64,000 bases of DNA from NCBI GenBank assembly GCA_965223545.1, contig OZ245006.1, forward strand, positions 3,392,001-3,456,000, read 5' to 3'. Below, one piece after another: positions 38,913 to 48,077 of the stretch. Position 1 is the first letter of the stretch. Each line of letters starts with the position of its first letter. A model generated the notes under the pieces. It was given only the letters and a program-made list of their open reading frames with translations. It ran no database searches and was not told the origin of the DNA. The DNA is from Planctomycetota bacterium. Lineage in GTDB: Bacteria > Planctomycetota > UBA1135 > UBA2386. The translations under genes were made by a program, and so were the position numbers.

Positions 38913-39385
38913 AGCACACCGATTCCGACGAGCGTTTGGTCTCGCGGCTGGTGGACGGCGAGGCCTCCGCCGGCGATCACAGCACCGCGAAGCGCGGCGT
39001 GGCCGGACCATCAGAACGGCTGGCCGAGCTGGTCGACGAGCAGCGCGCCGTGCGCCAGTGGTTTGCCGACAGCCGCCGCGGCGAGCCGGCGGCCGAAGTG
39101 CCGGCCGGGTTTGCCGACGCGGTGCTCGCGCGCACGCGCCGACTGCCGACGCGATCCGAGCTGCGCGCCGAGCTGGCGCCGCTCGGCGAGACCGAGATCG
39201 CCAGTGTGTATCGGGTGATGCGCCGGATCGCGATCGCCGCGGCGCTGATCTTCACGCTGTCGATGGCCGCCTGGGCCGGCTTGATCCGAGCCCCCGACCC
39301 GCAACACCTCGAGGCCTCCGACCTCGACCGCATCCAGCAGATCGATGCCGCGATCGAGGCCGAAGCCCGCCGCCGAGGACGGTGA
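38909..39385 (+). CDS. Putative single-pass anti-sigma factor
   Basis: LVSRLVDGE start, VPAGFADAVL, one TM; ATGA overlap with ECF. Confidence 0.72.
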   Translation: MKHTDSDERLVSRLVDGEASAGDHSTAKRGVAGPSERLAELVDEQRAVRQWFADSRRGEPAAEVPAGFADAVLARTRRLPTRSELRAELAPLGETEIASVYRVMRRIAIAAALIFTLSMAAWAGLIRAPDPQHLEASDLDRIQQIDAAIEAEARRRGR

Positions 39386-39771
39386 ACGGTCTGCGGCGCG
39401 CGATCGCCTTGACGGCGCTGGCGTGCTTCGCCGCCGGCGTCGCGGCCGGGCTGGCCGTGAGCTCCGGCAGTGCCGCGCTCGGCAGCAGCGCGCAAACCGA
39501 ACACGAGGCATTCATCACCAAGCTGGCCGAACGCTACGATCTGCGCGAGCCGCAGGTGCGCGACCTGCGCGCGGTGCTGCTGATGCGCGACGACGAAGTG
39601 ATGCGCATCGCCAACAGCTTCGAGGTCGACCGCTGGCCGCGAGAGGCGCAGAATCAGCTGATCGCGGCGCGGCAGCGCATGCAGAAGCGAATCGAACACA
39701 TCCTGGACGAAGAACAGCGGGCGCGCTACTTGCGTGACTCGGACACCTCCGACGACGACAAAGACGAATAG
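39382..39771 (+). CDS. Small exported helical protein (Spy/CpxP-like, tentative)
   Basis: TM (FAAGVAAG), helical repeats ending ILDEEQRARY; GTGA overlap. Confidence 0.55.
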   Translation: MNGLRRAIALTALACFAAGVAAGLAVSSGSAALGSSAQTEHEAFITKLAERYDLREPQVRDLRAVLLMRDDEVMRIANSFEVDRWPREAQNQLIAARQRMQKRIEHILDEEQRARYLRDSDTSDDDKDE

Positions 39772-39773
39772 CG

Positions 39774-41759
39774 ATGGCGAAGGCAGTTGGTCTGGACCCC
39801 GGCGAGTTCGAGGTCAAGCTGGTCGAGCTGGATGGCTCCTACCGCCGGCCGCGGTTGACGCGCGTCGCCGTGGAGCCGGTCGCCAGCTTGGGCTCCCGAG
39901 AGGCGTTCGCCACCAACATGGCGGACGCGGCACTGCTGGCGTTCGACGAGGCAAGCATCGGCAAGGACGGGTTCGGCATGGCGTTCCCGTGCCGAGAGGC
40001 CGTGCTGCGCCATCTCAACGTGCCGTTCATCGGCCGTGAGAACATCCGCAAGGTCATCAAGTTCGAAGCGGAGGGCTCGATCCACAGCCACAACGTCGAC
40101 GACATGGTCGTCGACTTCGCCACGCTGGAAGAGATCGAGAACGAGACCCACGTGTTGGTGGCGGCGGTGCCGAAGCCGAGCCTGCGCAACACGATGCAGG
40201 CGCTGCAGCGCAACGGCATCGAGCCGGAGACCGTCGACCTCGACACCATGGCACTGTTCACCGCCGCCGAGTGGTGCGGGGCGTTCAACGGCGGCGAGAC
40301 GCCGGAGGCGACCGGCGAAGACGGCGACGCGCTGGCGCCGATCCCGACCAGCAAGCCGGCCCGCTTGGTGCTGGACCTCGGCGCGCGCTCGACGCGCGTG
40401 CTGGTGGTCGTCGACGGCAAGCTCACCGACATGCGCACGCTGCGGACGGGCGCCGACTCGATGGCCGACGAGGTCGGTGCGCTGATGGGCGTCGGCCTCG
40501 CCCAGGCGCGGGAGGCGGTCGAGGAGAGCCTGCGCACGGACGAGGACTTCGTCGTGGTCGGCGGCGAGGACTTGTTCGCGGAAGAAGAGGAGGCCGAGGA
40601 GACCGGCGACGAAGCCGCGCAGCCGGCCGAGGCCGGGGCCGAGGTCGCCGACGACGAGGCGCGCACGCATCTGGTCCCGCACTCCGAGGTCTCCGCGGCG
40701 CGCGATCGGTTCTTGGCGCGGCTGCGGCGCGAGCTGATCCGGTTCATGACCGCGGTGCCGACCGCGGCCAACGTGGAGGCGGTGTTCGTCACCGGCGGCG
40801 CCAGCCAGACTCCAGGGTCGATCGACGTGATCCGCGAGGTGTTCGGCCAAGAGCCGAAGGGGCTGGACCTGCTTGCCAACCTCAACCACAAGCTCGACAG
40901 CGACGAGATCCGCGCGCTCGGCCCCAAGCTGGCGGTTGCCGTCGGCCTCGCGCTGAACACGCTGGGCGGCCGCGCGAGCTTCAACTTCCGGCAAGAAGAG
41001 CTCGCGTTCACCAAGGGGTTCGACCGCGTCAAGTTCCCGCTGGCGATCGCCTGCATGCTGCTGCTGTTCTTGGCGCTGATGTTCGGCATGCGCTCGTGGC
41101 GCGAGCTGCGGTTGCTCGGCGAGACCTACGGGGCGACCCACTCGGTGACCGAAGAGCAGCGTGCGCGCGGCAAGGTCGAGCGCAAGGCGATCTTCTGGGG
41201 CCACCTGGGCGCCATGGTCAACGAGAACACCTGGTTCGAACGCAACCAGGACTTCGACCGCCGCGCCTACAACCAGCTGGTCGACAAGTTGCTCGCCACC
41301 GAGACGTTCAAGCGCCTACCGGTGGTGCGCCGCGAGCTCGATGACTACTACCGCAACCAGCAGAAGGAGTCGGGCTACTACGCCGACCTGCGCATCGGCT
41401 CGGGGCTCGGCGCCCTCGTCGAGTTTGCAGCGCTGCTGTCAGCCAACGAGGAACAGCTGGGCCGGTATCTGGTGGAGAAGATCGACCTCAAGCTGCCGTT
41501 CAAGGCGGATTCGCGGAGGTTGACCGCCACGATCGTCCTGCGCTCGGACGCGCAGTCGAACTTCCGCGTCAAGTGGCAGCACCTGCAGGACGCACTGCGG
41601 GCTACGTGCGAGTCCGCGGACTCGGTCTTCGACGAGCTGCGCGATAGCAAAGAGGTGCAGCTGTTCGACGAGGGCGGCGATTCCGGTTGCCGATACTCGG
41701 TGACGCTCGGAGTCCGAGCCGACCGCGAATACCCGATCTTTCCGAGGGCGACGTCATGA
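39774..41759 (+). CDS. PilM-like actin-fold protein fused to TM and periplasmic PilN/GspL-like region
   Basis: VGLDPG, LVAAVPK, LVLDLGARST, VFVTGGAS, AVAVGLAL, FNFRQEEL, then TM and about 220-aa C-terminal domain. Confidence 0.78.
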   Translation: MAKAVGLDPGEFEVKLVELDGSYRRPRLTRVAVEPVASLGSREAFATNMADAALLAFDEASIGKDGFGMAFPCREAVLRHLNVPFIGRENIRKVIKFEAEGSIHSHNVDDMVVDFATLEEIENETHVLVAAVPKPSLRNTMQALQRNGIEPETVDLDTMALFTAAEWCGAFNGGETPEATGEDGDALAPIPTSKPARLVLDLGARSTRVLVVVDGKLTDMRTLRTGADSMADEVGALMGVGLAQAREAVEESLRTDEDFVVVGGEDLFAEEEEAEETGDEAAQPAEAGAEVADDEARTHLVPHSEVSAARDRFLARLRRELIRFMTAVPTAANVEAVFVTGGASQTPGSIDVIREVFGQEPKGLDLLANLNHKLDSDEIRALGPKLAVAVGLALNTLGGRASFNFRQEELAFTKGFDRVKFPLAIACMLLLFLALMFGMRSWRELRLLGETYGATHSVTEEQRARGKVERKAIFWGHLGAMVNENTWFERNQDFDRRAYNQLVDKLLATETFKRLPVVRRELDDYYRNQQKESGYYADLRIGSGLGALVEFAALLSANEEQLGRYLVEKIDLKLPFKADSRRLTATIVLRSDAQSNFRVKWQHLQDALRATCESADSVFDELRDSKEVQLFDEGGDSGCRYSVTLGVRADREYPIFPRATS

Positions 41760-42367
41760 GCTGGCTGCGTGAGATGGACCTGTACAAGTGGATCATCACC
41801 TTGTCGCTGTTGCTGCTGGCTCCGGTGTGCTGGTGGGCGTACTCGCTGCAGGGCGAGCTCGAGGTCGCCAAGAAGGCGGTTGCGGACGCCACCAAGCGCG
41901 GCGGTGAAATCGAGCAGATCGGCACTTTGCAGAAGGCCGTGATGGAGCAGCGCCGCTCGACCGTGACGCAGCAGAGTGTCAGTCCCGACGACTTCCAGCT
42001 GTACTTCGACCGGCGGATCCAGGAATCGGCGCGCACGCAGGACAAGGAGAGCGGTGAGTTCCGCCACACCGACTACCGCCTCATCGAGCTGTCCGGGGCT
42101 GGTGCCGGTCAGGGTGCGCGCGACAAGCTGGTCAAGGTCGAGTTTCGGCCGCCGGGCCAACCCGAGAAGCTGCTGTCGCGCAGCTTTCTGTTGGCGATGC
42201 TGTTCAACTGCGAAGCCGGATCCCCGATCTGGAAGCTCCGCGATCTGACCATCAGCAACGCGGACGAGGCGCTCAAGCGCGCCCGCAAGGGCCCGCCGCC
42301 ACCGCAGCTCGACGACGTGTGGAAGGTCGAGAGCATGGTCTTCGCTGCGCGGCAACCCAGTCGCTGA
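41756..42367 (+). CDS. Single-TM coiled-coil protein (PilO/GspM-like position)
   Basis: TM plus coiled coil; ATGA overlap with pilM-like gene. Confidence 0.55.
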   Translation: MSWLREMDLYKWIITLSLLLLAPVCWWAYSLQGELEVAKKAVADATKRGGEIEQIGTLQKAVMEQRRSTVTQQSVSPDDFQLYFDRRIQESARTQDKESGEFRHTDYRLIELSGAGAGQGARDKLVKVEFRPPGQPEKLLSRSFLLAMLFNCEAGSPIWKLRDLTISNADEALKRARKGPPPPQLDDVWKVESMVFAARQPSR

Positions 42368-42396
42368 GCGAGCTCGAACGGCAGCCTTCTCGCTCG

Positions 42397-42846
42397 ATGC
42401 GCGGCGTCCTGTTGGCACTCCTGGCGACGACCTGCTCGTGCAGCCAGCTGGTCCGCTACACCGATGAGCTCGGCGACGCCCGCAGCGGGCGGTCGCTGGC
42501 CGTCACCACCACCGCCAACACCGGCGCGTTCCTCGGCTTCATCGCCGGCCTGCCGTTCGACCTGGCCGCGCTGCCGGTGACCTTCGTCATCTACCGGATC
42601 CAACGCGAGCAGAACAAGCTGCAGGCGGATCCGATCTCGACCATGCTGTTTCCGTCCTTCGTCCTATGGCGGGCGGGCACGCTGCTGGCGGCGCCGTTCG
42701 ACATGATCGAGTTCGTCACCTGGCGGGCCTGGCAGCCACCGGTCGCCCCCAACCGGCAGGAGCAGCTGGCGATCGAGTACGAGATCGACGAGGAGACGCT
42801 GGGCAGCTACCCGGTGACGCCGATCTACCCGCTCGCCGAGCAGTGA
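42397..42846 (+). CDS. Hypothetical lipoprotein/membrane protein
   Basis: MRGVLLALLATTCSC signal; hydrophobic segments. Confidence 0.55.
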   Translation: MRGVLLALLATTCSCSQLVRYTDELGDARSGRSLAVTTTANTGAFLGFIAGLPFDLAALPVTFVIYRIQREQNKLQADPISTMLFPSFVLWRAGTLLAAPFDMIEFVTWRAWQPPVAPNRQEQLAIEYEIDEETLGSYPVTPIYPLAEQ

Positions 42847-42985
42847 CAAGATGGCAGGCGGCGGCCGCCGACGGGCGTGCCGCGGCAAGGCCGAAGAGTA
42901 TCCGTAACTTCAGCAATTCATGGTGGTTACGTAGAACGCGAAGCCCCCGCGATCGATTGGCCCGCGATGTGCGGTGCCTCCGCGC

Positions 42986-44008
42986 ATGACACAACCGCCA
43001 CGGCAGGCGCGCTCGCTGGGACCCGCGGCCCTGTTGCCGGTCCTGCTCGCCAGTCCGCCCCCCGCCGACGCCGCGGTGACGGGGCCCTATCGCGTGCTGG
43101 CGCCCCTGGGCCAGGGCACGATGGGCGCGGTCGCGCTGGCCGAGCAGCGCTCGCCTGTGCAGCGCCTGGTCGCGCTCAAGCGCCCGCGACAGGGCCAGGC
43201 CGGCGCCACCGTGCAGCGCGCGTTCGCGCACGAGGCGCGCGCCTTGGCGAGCGCGAACCACGACCACGTGGTGCGGCTGTTCGACACCGGCACCACTCCG
43301 GATGGACAGCCGTACACGGCGCTCGAGTACGTGCCCGGTCTGCCGATCACCGAGTACTGCGACCGCAACCGGCTCGGGTGGCGCGCGCGCCTGGAGCTGT
43401 TCGTGCAGCTGTGCGACGGAGTCGGCCACCTGCACGAAGAAGGCGTGGTGCACCGCGATCTCAAGCCGCACAACGTGCTGGTCACCGAGGCCTCGGGCCC
43501 GCCGCGCGTCAAGATCGTCGACCTCGGCCTCGCCGGCTTCCTGCACGACGGCGGTGAGAGCGGCCCGCGCGGCATGCTCGGCACGCCGGGCTACTTGGCG
43601 CCAGAACAAGCGGCCGGCGCAGCGCCCGCCCCCGCCGCCGACATCTACGCCCTCGGCGCCATCCTCTACGAGCTGCTCGCCGGCGCGCCACCACACACCC
43701 CGGCCGCCCTACTGGCCGGCGGCATCGGCGACGTACCCCGCCTGCTGCGCACCCAAGCGCCACCAACCCCTGCACAACGCTTCGCCGCGGCCGGCGCCCA
43801 GCGCGGCGCGATCGCCGCCGCCCGCCGCAGCTCGCGACTCGCCCTCGGCCTCCGCCTGCGCGGCAAGCTCGCCCGCCTCGCCCACCGCGCCGTGCAGATC
43901 GACTCCGCAGACCGACCCCCCTCCGCACAAGCCCTCGCCACGGAAGTACGGAGTCAGTCTCGATTTTCTCGCTTGGCGGCAGCCGCCAAGCGAGAAAATC
44001 GAGCCTGA
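42986..44008 (+). CDS. Hanks-type Ser/Thr protein kinase (kinase domain only)
   Basis: LGQGTMG, VALK, HRDLKPHN, DLGLA, GTPGYLAPEQ, DIYALG. Confidence 0.92.
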   Translation: MTQPPRQARSLGPAALLPVLLASPPPADAAVTGPYRVLAPLGQGTMGAVALAEQRSPVQRLVALKRPRQGQAGATVQRAFAHEARALASANHDHVVRLFDTGTTPDGQPYTALEYVPGLPITEYCDRNRLGWRARLELFVQLCDGVGHLHEEGVVHRDLKPHNVLVTEASGPPRVKIVDLGLAGFLHDGGESGPRGMLGTPGYLAPEQAAGAAPAPAADIYALGAILYELLAGAPPHTPAALLAGGIGDVPRLLRTQAPPTPAQRFAAAGAQRGAIAAARRSSRLALGLRLRGKLARLAHRAVQIDSADRPPSAQALATEVRSQSRFSRLAAAAKRENRA

Positions 44009-44021
44009 CTCCGTACTTCCG
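43941..44021. repeat. 81-bp near-perfect palindrome (REP-like)
   Basis: CGGAAGTACGGAGTCAGTCTCGATTTTCTCGCTTGGCGGC-A-GCCGCCAAGCGAGAAAATCGAGCCTGACTCCGTACTTCCG: 40-bp arms, 1 mismatch. Confidence 0.95.
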
Positions 44022-45209
44022 CTACCGCCAGAGCGCGTGGGCGACGACCTCGGCCAGGTCGGCGAAGAACGGGTCGGCCTGCTGCGCGTATGCGTAGGTA
44101 TCGTCGTTGAGGACCCCGTTCGGGTTGGTGTAGAGCACCGCGGCGAGGAAGAACCCCCGTCCCGTGCGCCGGTCCTCGATGTAGGCGTTGTCGACCGAGA
44201 AGCCGTAGGCCCGACCGACCTTGTTGTAGATGCGGATCGCGTCGCGGGGGATCACCCGCGCGATCCCGGGCAGGAACAGCTTGACGTAGTCGTCCGGGTA
44301 GCGCGCCGGATCGTAGCGCGGGTTGTCGAACTCGCGTGGCAACCGCGCCATCGCGTCGAGCAAGAACGCCCGTTGCTCCACGCTCAGCTCGGGAAACCCC
44401 CGTTTGCCGGTGTCGACATCGGGACGCACGAGCGCGACCAGGAGGTCCTGCAGGTCCCCGAGCCGCATCGAGTTCTTGTGCAAGAACGACAGCGGCGCCG
44501 CGACGCGGCGACCACCGGCGAGGTGAGCGCGGCCGATGTCGAGCCCCGGCAGCCCGGCGTTGTCCTCGAGCAAGCCACACTCCCGCGCCCCGCGCTCGAG
44601 GGTGTCGTCGCCGAAGCGCAGCGCGATCGGTCGCGCCCACCGCTGCTCGGCCGGCGGGCGCAGCTCGCTCAAGCGGTGCAGGATGCGACAGGACGCGAAG
44701 CCACCCGCACGCATCGCCTCGTTGAGCGGCCCGGGGCCGACCATCTCATACAGGTCGTTGAACGCCTGATTGTCGCTCACCGCGAACAGCTTGTGGATCG
44801 CGTGGCGCACGGTGATGCGGCCGCCGCGCAGGTTGGTCGGATCCCGTTCGCGATCGCGATCGCCGGCGAACAGAGAGCCGATGGTCAGGGCCGTGTCCAC
44901 ACCGAAGCCGGTGCCGCGTTCGGTGTTGATGCGGTTGAGGTCGAGCAGCGCGGCCACCGCCGCGCACACCTTGATCGCGCTGGCCGGATAGAAGTAGCGC
45001 TCCTGGTCGCCCCACCGCGCTCGGCGGAGCACGGCCCGTTCCCCACTGGCATCCACTTCGGCCACCGAGATCATCAGGCGACAACCGTCGGGATCCGCCA
45101 GCTGTCGCTCGAAGCGATCGGCGTGGGCCGCCAGCAACGCCGACAGATCCAACGGCTGTTCGACAGGCTGCGCCAGCAAGCCGACCGCGAGTGCGACAGT
45201 CCACGGCAT
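44022..45209 (-). CDS. Serine hydrolase, class A beta-lactamase-like fold
   Basis: FYPASAIK (SxxK), SDN, NKVG; signal peptide. Confidence 0.8.
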   Translation of the reverse strand: MPWTVALAVGLLAQPVEQPLDLSALLAAHADRFERQLADPDGCRLMISVAEVDASGERAVLRRARWGDQERYFYPASAIKVCAAVAALLDLNRINTERGTGFGVDTALTIGSLFAGDRDRERDPTNLRGGRITVRHAIHKLFAVSDNQAFNDLYEMVGPGPLNEAMRAGGFASCRILHRLSELRPPAEQRWARPIALRFGDDTLERGARECGLLEDNAGLPGLDIGRAHLAGGRRVAAPLSFLHKNSMRLGDLQDLLVALVRPDVDTGKRGFPELSVEQRAFLLDAMARLPREFDNPRYDPARYPDDYVKLFLPGIARVIPRDAIRIYNKVGRAYGFSVDNAYIEDRRTGRGFFLAAVLYTNPNGVLNDDTYAYAQQADPFFADLAEVVAHALWR

Positions 45210-45344
45210 CGGGACTGCAAAAATTACCGTCACCCGAGGCCCAGCGCCCCGACCCGACGGTTTCCGGGAGGCGGAATATTCGTACTGCACATCCAACCTG
45301 GCTTTTGCGAGTGCCAGGCGAACGCCACTCACAGAACGAGACCC

Positions 45345-47477
45345 ATGAGACCCACCACCTTCGCCGCTGCCGGCCTCCTGGTCGCGCTCGCAACCGCAAG
45401 TTCGACCCCCGCCGCCCCCGCGCAAGACAACTCTGCTCGGGACGCGAACGACCGGCAAGAAGCCCCGCGCCGCTGGATCGTGACCTTCAACCAGCGCGAC
45501 TTCGACCTCGACGCGCTGCAGGGCGCGTATGCGCGCCGTGCCGACGCAGCCGAAATCGACCGGATCGTCGCCGGGCTGAGGACTGCCGTGCACGCCGACC
45601 AGGCGGACTTCGTCGCCCACTGCGCGGCGCGGGGCGTCGTGGTCACCCACCAATGGTGGCTCGTCAACGCCTGCGCGGTCGTCGCCGACCCGGCCCAGCT
45701 CGATGAGATCCGGCGCCATCCGCGCGTGGCGGACGTGCAGGCCGACCGGGTCGCCAAGCCCGGTGAGATGATCCTGCGCTCCACCGATACCAACAACCAC
45801 GGCACCGACGCGGTCCAGGCGCAGGGAGTCCTCGGCGACGGCGTGACCGTCGCCGTGGTGGACTCGGGCCTCGACATGGATACCGCCGGACGAGGCCGCC
45901 CGCACCGCTCGTTCTTCGTCGACGGCGATCCGAGCAACCCGAGCGGCGGCGGCATCGGCGGCTCACGTGTCCTGGCCAACGTCCAGGTCGGCGCACAGCC
46001 GGCCGAGGACGCGATCAACCACGGCACCCCGATCGCGGCGGTCGCCGCCGGCGAGGTCTGGCTCCACCGCCTCGCCGACCGCGGACACGCGCCGCGCGCC
46101 AGCATCGTCGGCTACGCGGTCGCGGACCTGAGCAGCGGCCTGACCACGGCGACGACGCTGACCACGGCGTGGCAGCGCATCGCCGCCGAGGCCGCGCGCT
46201 ACAACATTCGCGTCGCCAATTGCAGCTACGAGGGGATCTCCTTCCCCTACATCGTCGACCAGGTGGCGATCGACCAGCTGGCACTGATCGCCGACGTGGT
46301 CGTCGTCGGGATGGGCGGAAACGGCGGCGCCAGCAGCACGTCGGGCTACGGAGCGACCAACATGACGGCGGTCGGCGCGGTGTTGCCCGACACCCACGCA
46401 GTGGCTGCGTTCTCGTCACGGGGACCGCTGTTCGGCAATCCGGGCCGCTGCTACCCCGACATGGTCGCCAACGGCGTCAACATGGACATGCCGCGTGCCG
46501 ACGACGAACGCGGCCTGACGACGAGCCAAGGCACCTCCTATTCGGCTCCGCAGGTCGCCGGCGCCGCGGCTCTGTACGTGTCGCTCCGGCCACAGGCCAC
46601 CGCGACCGAGGTCAAGGCGGCGCTATTGGCCACCACCAGTGACATCTCGGCCGCCAATCCGGTGGCCCCGTACAACTCGAAGAACGCGTACGGAGCCGGC
46701 TACTTGCAGGTGCCGGCCCTCGTCCATACCGCGCGCGGCCGCGGGCTGACCGTCAGCAGCTCGGTGGATCCGCAGACACCGCTACGGTTCCGTTTGCCCG
46801 TGGCGCAGGGTCGATCGTACGGCGTCGCACTGGCCTGGTTCCGTCAGGATCCGCGCCAGGCGTCGTGGAGCAATCTCGATTTGGAGGTCTCGCTGGCAGG
46901 GCAAACCATCGCCGCATCGGAACAGACCAACGGCACCAGTGAACATCTGCGCTTCGTGGCATCCGCATCCGGGACCCTCGACATCGAGGTGCGCGCCGTG
47001 TCCCTCGGCCCCAACACCGGCGCGGGACAACCGTTCTCGCTGGTCGCCACCGACACGTCGAACACCTATTCCACCGGCTCCTTCGCCACGTTCGGCGGCC
47101 GGTGCGGCGGCCTCCTGCGCGGCGACGCCAACACGCCGCCGGAGATCGGGTTGCCCTACTCGCTGCTCTACAACCCGCGCGCCCCCCTGCCGTCGCCCGC
47201 CATCCTGCTGACCGGGAGCTCCAACACCCAGCTGGGGGCGATCACCCTGCCGTTCGACCTGACCCCGCTGGGTGCCCGCGCGTGCTGGCTGTCGACCAGC
47301 GCCGAGGCCATCACCGCGATCCCGTTCGTCCTGCTCGGCGCGCAGACCGCGGTGATCACGGTGCCGCCCAACGCCGCTCTGATCGGCGCGTCGGTGTACC
47401 ACCAAGCGGTCGAGCCCTGGCCCAACCCCCTGGGCGTGGTCACCAGCAACGGCATCGCCGCGACGATCGGCGGCTGA
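45345..47477 (+). CDS. Secreted S8 (subtilisin-like) peptidase with propeptide and C-terminal domains
   Basis: VAVVDSG, HGT, GTSYSAPQVAG catalytic triad; signal peptide. Confidence 0.92.
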   Translation: MRPTTFAAAGLLVALATASSTPAAPAQDNSARDANDRQEAPRRWIVTFNQRDFDLDALQGAYARRADAAEIDRIVAGLRTAVHADQADFVAHCAARGVVVTHQWWLVNACAVVADPAQLDEIRRHPRVADVQADRVAKPGEMILRSTDTNNHGTDAVQAQGVLGDGVTVAVVDSGLDMDTAGRGRPHRSFFVDGDPSNPSGGGIGGSRVLANVQVGAQPAEDAINHGTPIAAVAAGEVWLHRLADRGHAPRASIVGYAVADLSSGLTTATTLTTAWQRIAAEAARYNIRVANCSYEGISFPYIVDQVAIDQLALIADVVVVGMGGNGGASSTSGYGATNMTAVGAVLPDTHAVAAFSSRGPLFGNPGRCYPDMVANGVNMDMPRADDERGLTTSQGTSYSAPQVAGAAALYVSLRPQATATEVKAALLATTSDISAANPVAPYNSKNAYGAGYLQVPALVHTARGRGLTVSSSVDPQTPLRFRLPVAQGRSYGVALAWFRQDPRQASWSNLDLEVSLAGQTIAASEQTNGTSEHLRFVASASGTLDIEVRAVSLGPNTGAGQPFSLVATDTSNTYSTGSFATFGGRCGGLLRGDANTPPEIGLPYSLLYNPRAPLPSPAILLTGSSNTQLGAITLPFDLTPLGARACWLSTSAEAITAIPFVLLGAQTAVITVPPNAALIGASVYHQAVEPWPNPLGVVTSNGIAATIGG

Positions 47478-47519
47478 TCGCAGGTGACGGCGGCGGGGTT
47501 TCCTGCCACGCTATGTGGC

Positions 47520-48077
47520 ATGACCCCCCGCCCCTCGTGGTTGCCGGTCCTGCTCCTGTTGACCCTCGGCTGCGCCACGTCGCAGGTGCGCAACGGCCCG
47601 GTCGCGCACGTGCCGGTGTTCGCCGCCGACGACCCGCGCGTCGAGACCGCGGGGTTCGTCCGCGAGACACTGCGGCTGACCCGGACCATCGACGGCACGG
47701 ACTACACGCTCATGGCCTTTGCCGTCGGCAACACGCTGACCTTGGGCGCGATGGTGAAGGGCGAGTTTCAGGGCCGCGTCGACTGGCTGGTCGGCCGTCG
47801 CCGCCTGCGCTTCGACTTCGACACCGCCGCCGCCTCGAGTGAGGTGCCCGTCGCCGTGCGCGAAGACGCCGCGTGGACGCAGGCCCGTTTCACCGGCCAG
47901 GGCGCGTCCTTCGAGGAAACCCACTGGATCAACGTCGAGCTCCCGCTCGACGATTGGCTCGCCAACGACACAGCGCTGATGTTGACGTTCCGCCCGCACG
48001 GCAACGACTCCGTCGTCCTGCCCGACACGGGGTTCGCCTATTGCTGCGTGCTGGTGCCGCAGAGAAGAGAGCAATGA
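47520..48077 (+). CDS. Hypothetical lipoprotein
   Basis: LLLLTLGC lipobox; ATGA overlap with the next gene. Confidence 0.6.
   Translation: MTPRPSWLPVLLLLTLGCATSQVRNGPVAHVPVFAADDPRVETAGFVRETLRLTRTIDGTDYTLMAFAVGNTLTLGAMVKGEFQGRVDWLVGRRRLRFDFDTAAASSEVPVAVREDAAWTQARFTGQGASFEETHWINVELPLDDWLANDTALMLTFRPHGNDSVVLPDTGFAYCCVLVPQRREQ

Noticed and set aside
44022..45209. Functional beta-lactam resistance gene
   Set aside because: SxxK/SDN motifs show the fold only; KVG rather than KTG and large insertions mean activity cannot be inferred
43302..45344. 1391-aa ORF 43302..47477 as one giant protein
   Set aside because: The first ~680 aa overlap the kinase and the antisense of the serine hydrolase; the real S8 gene starts at 45345 with a signal peptide
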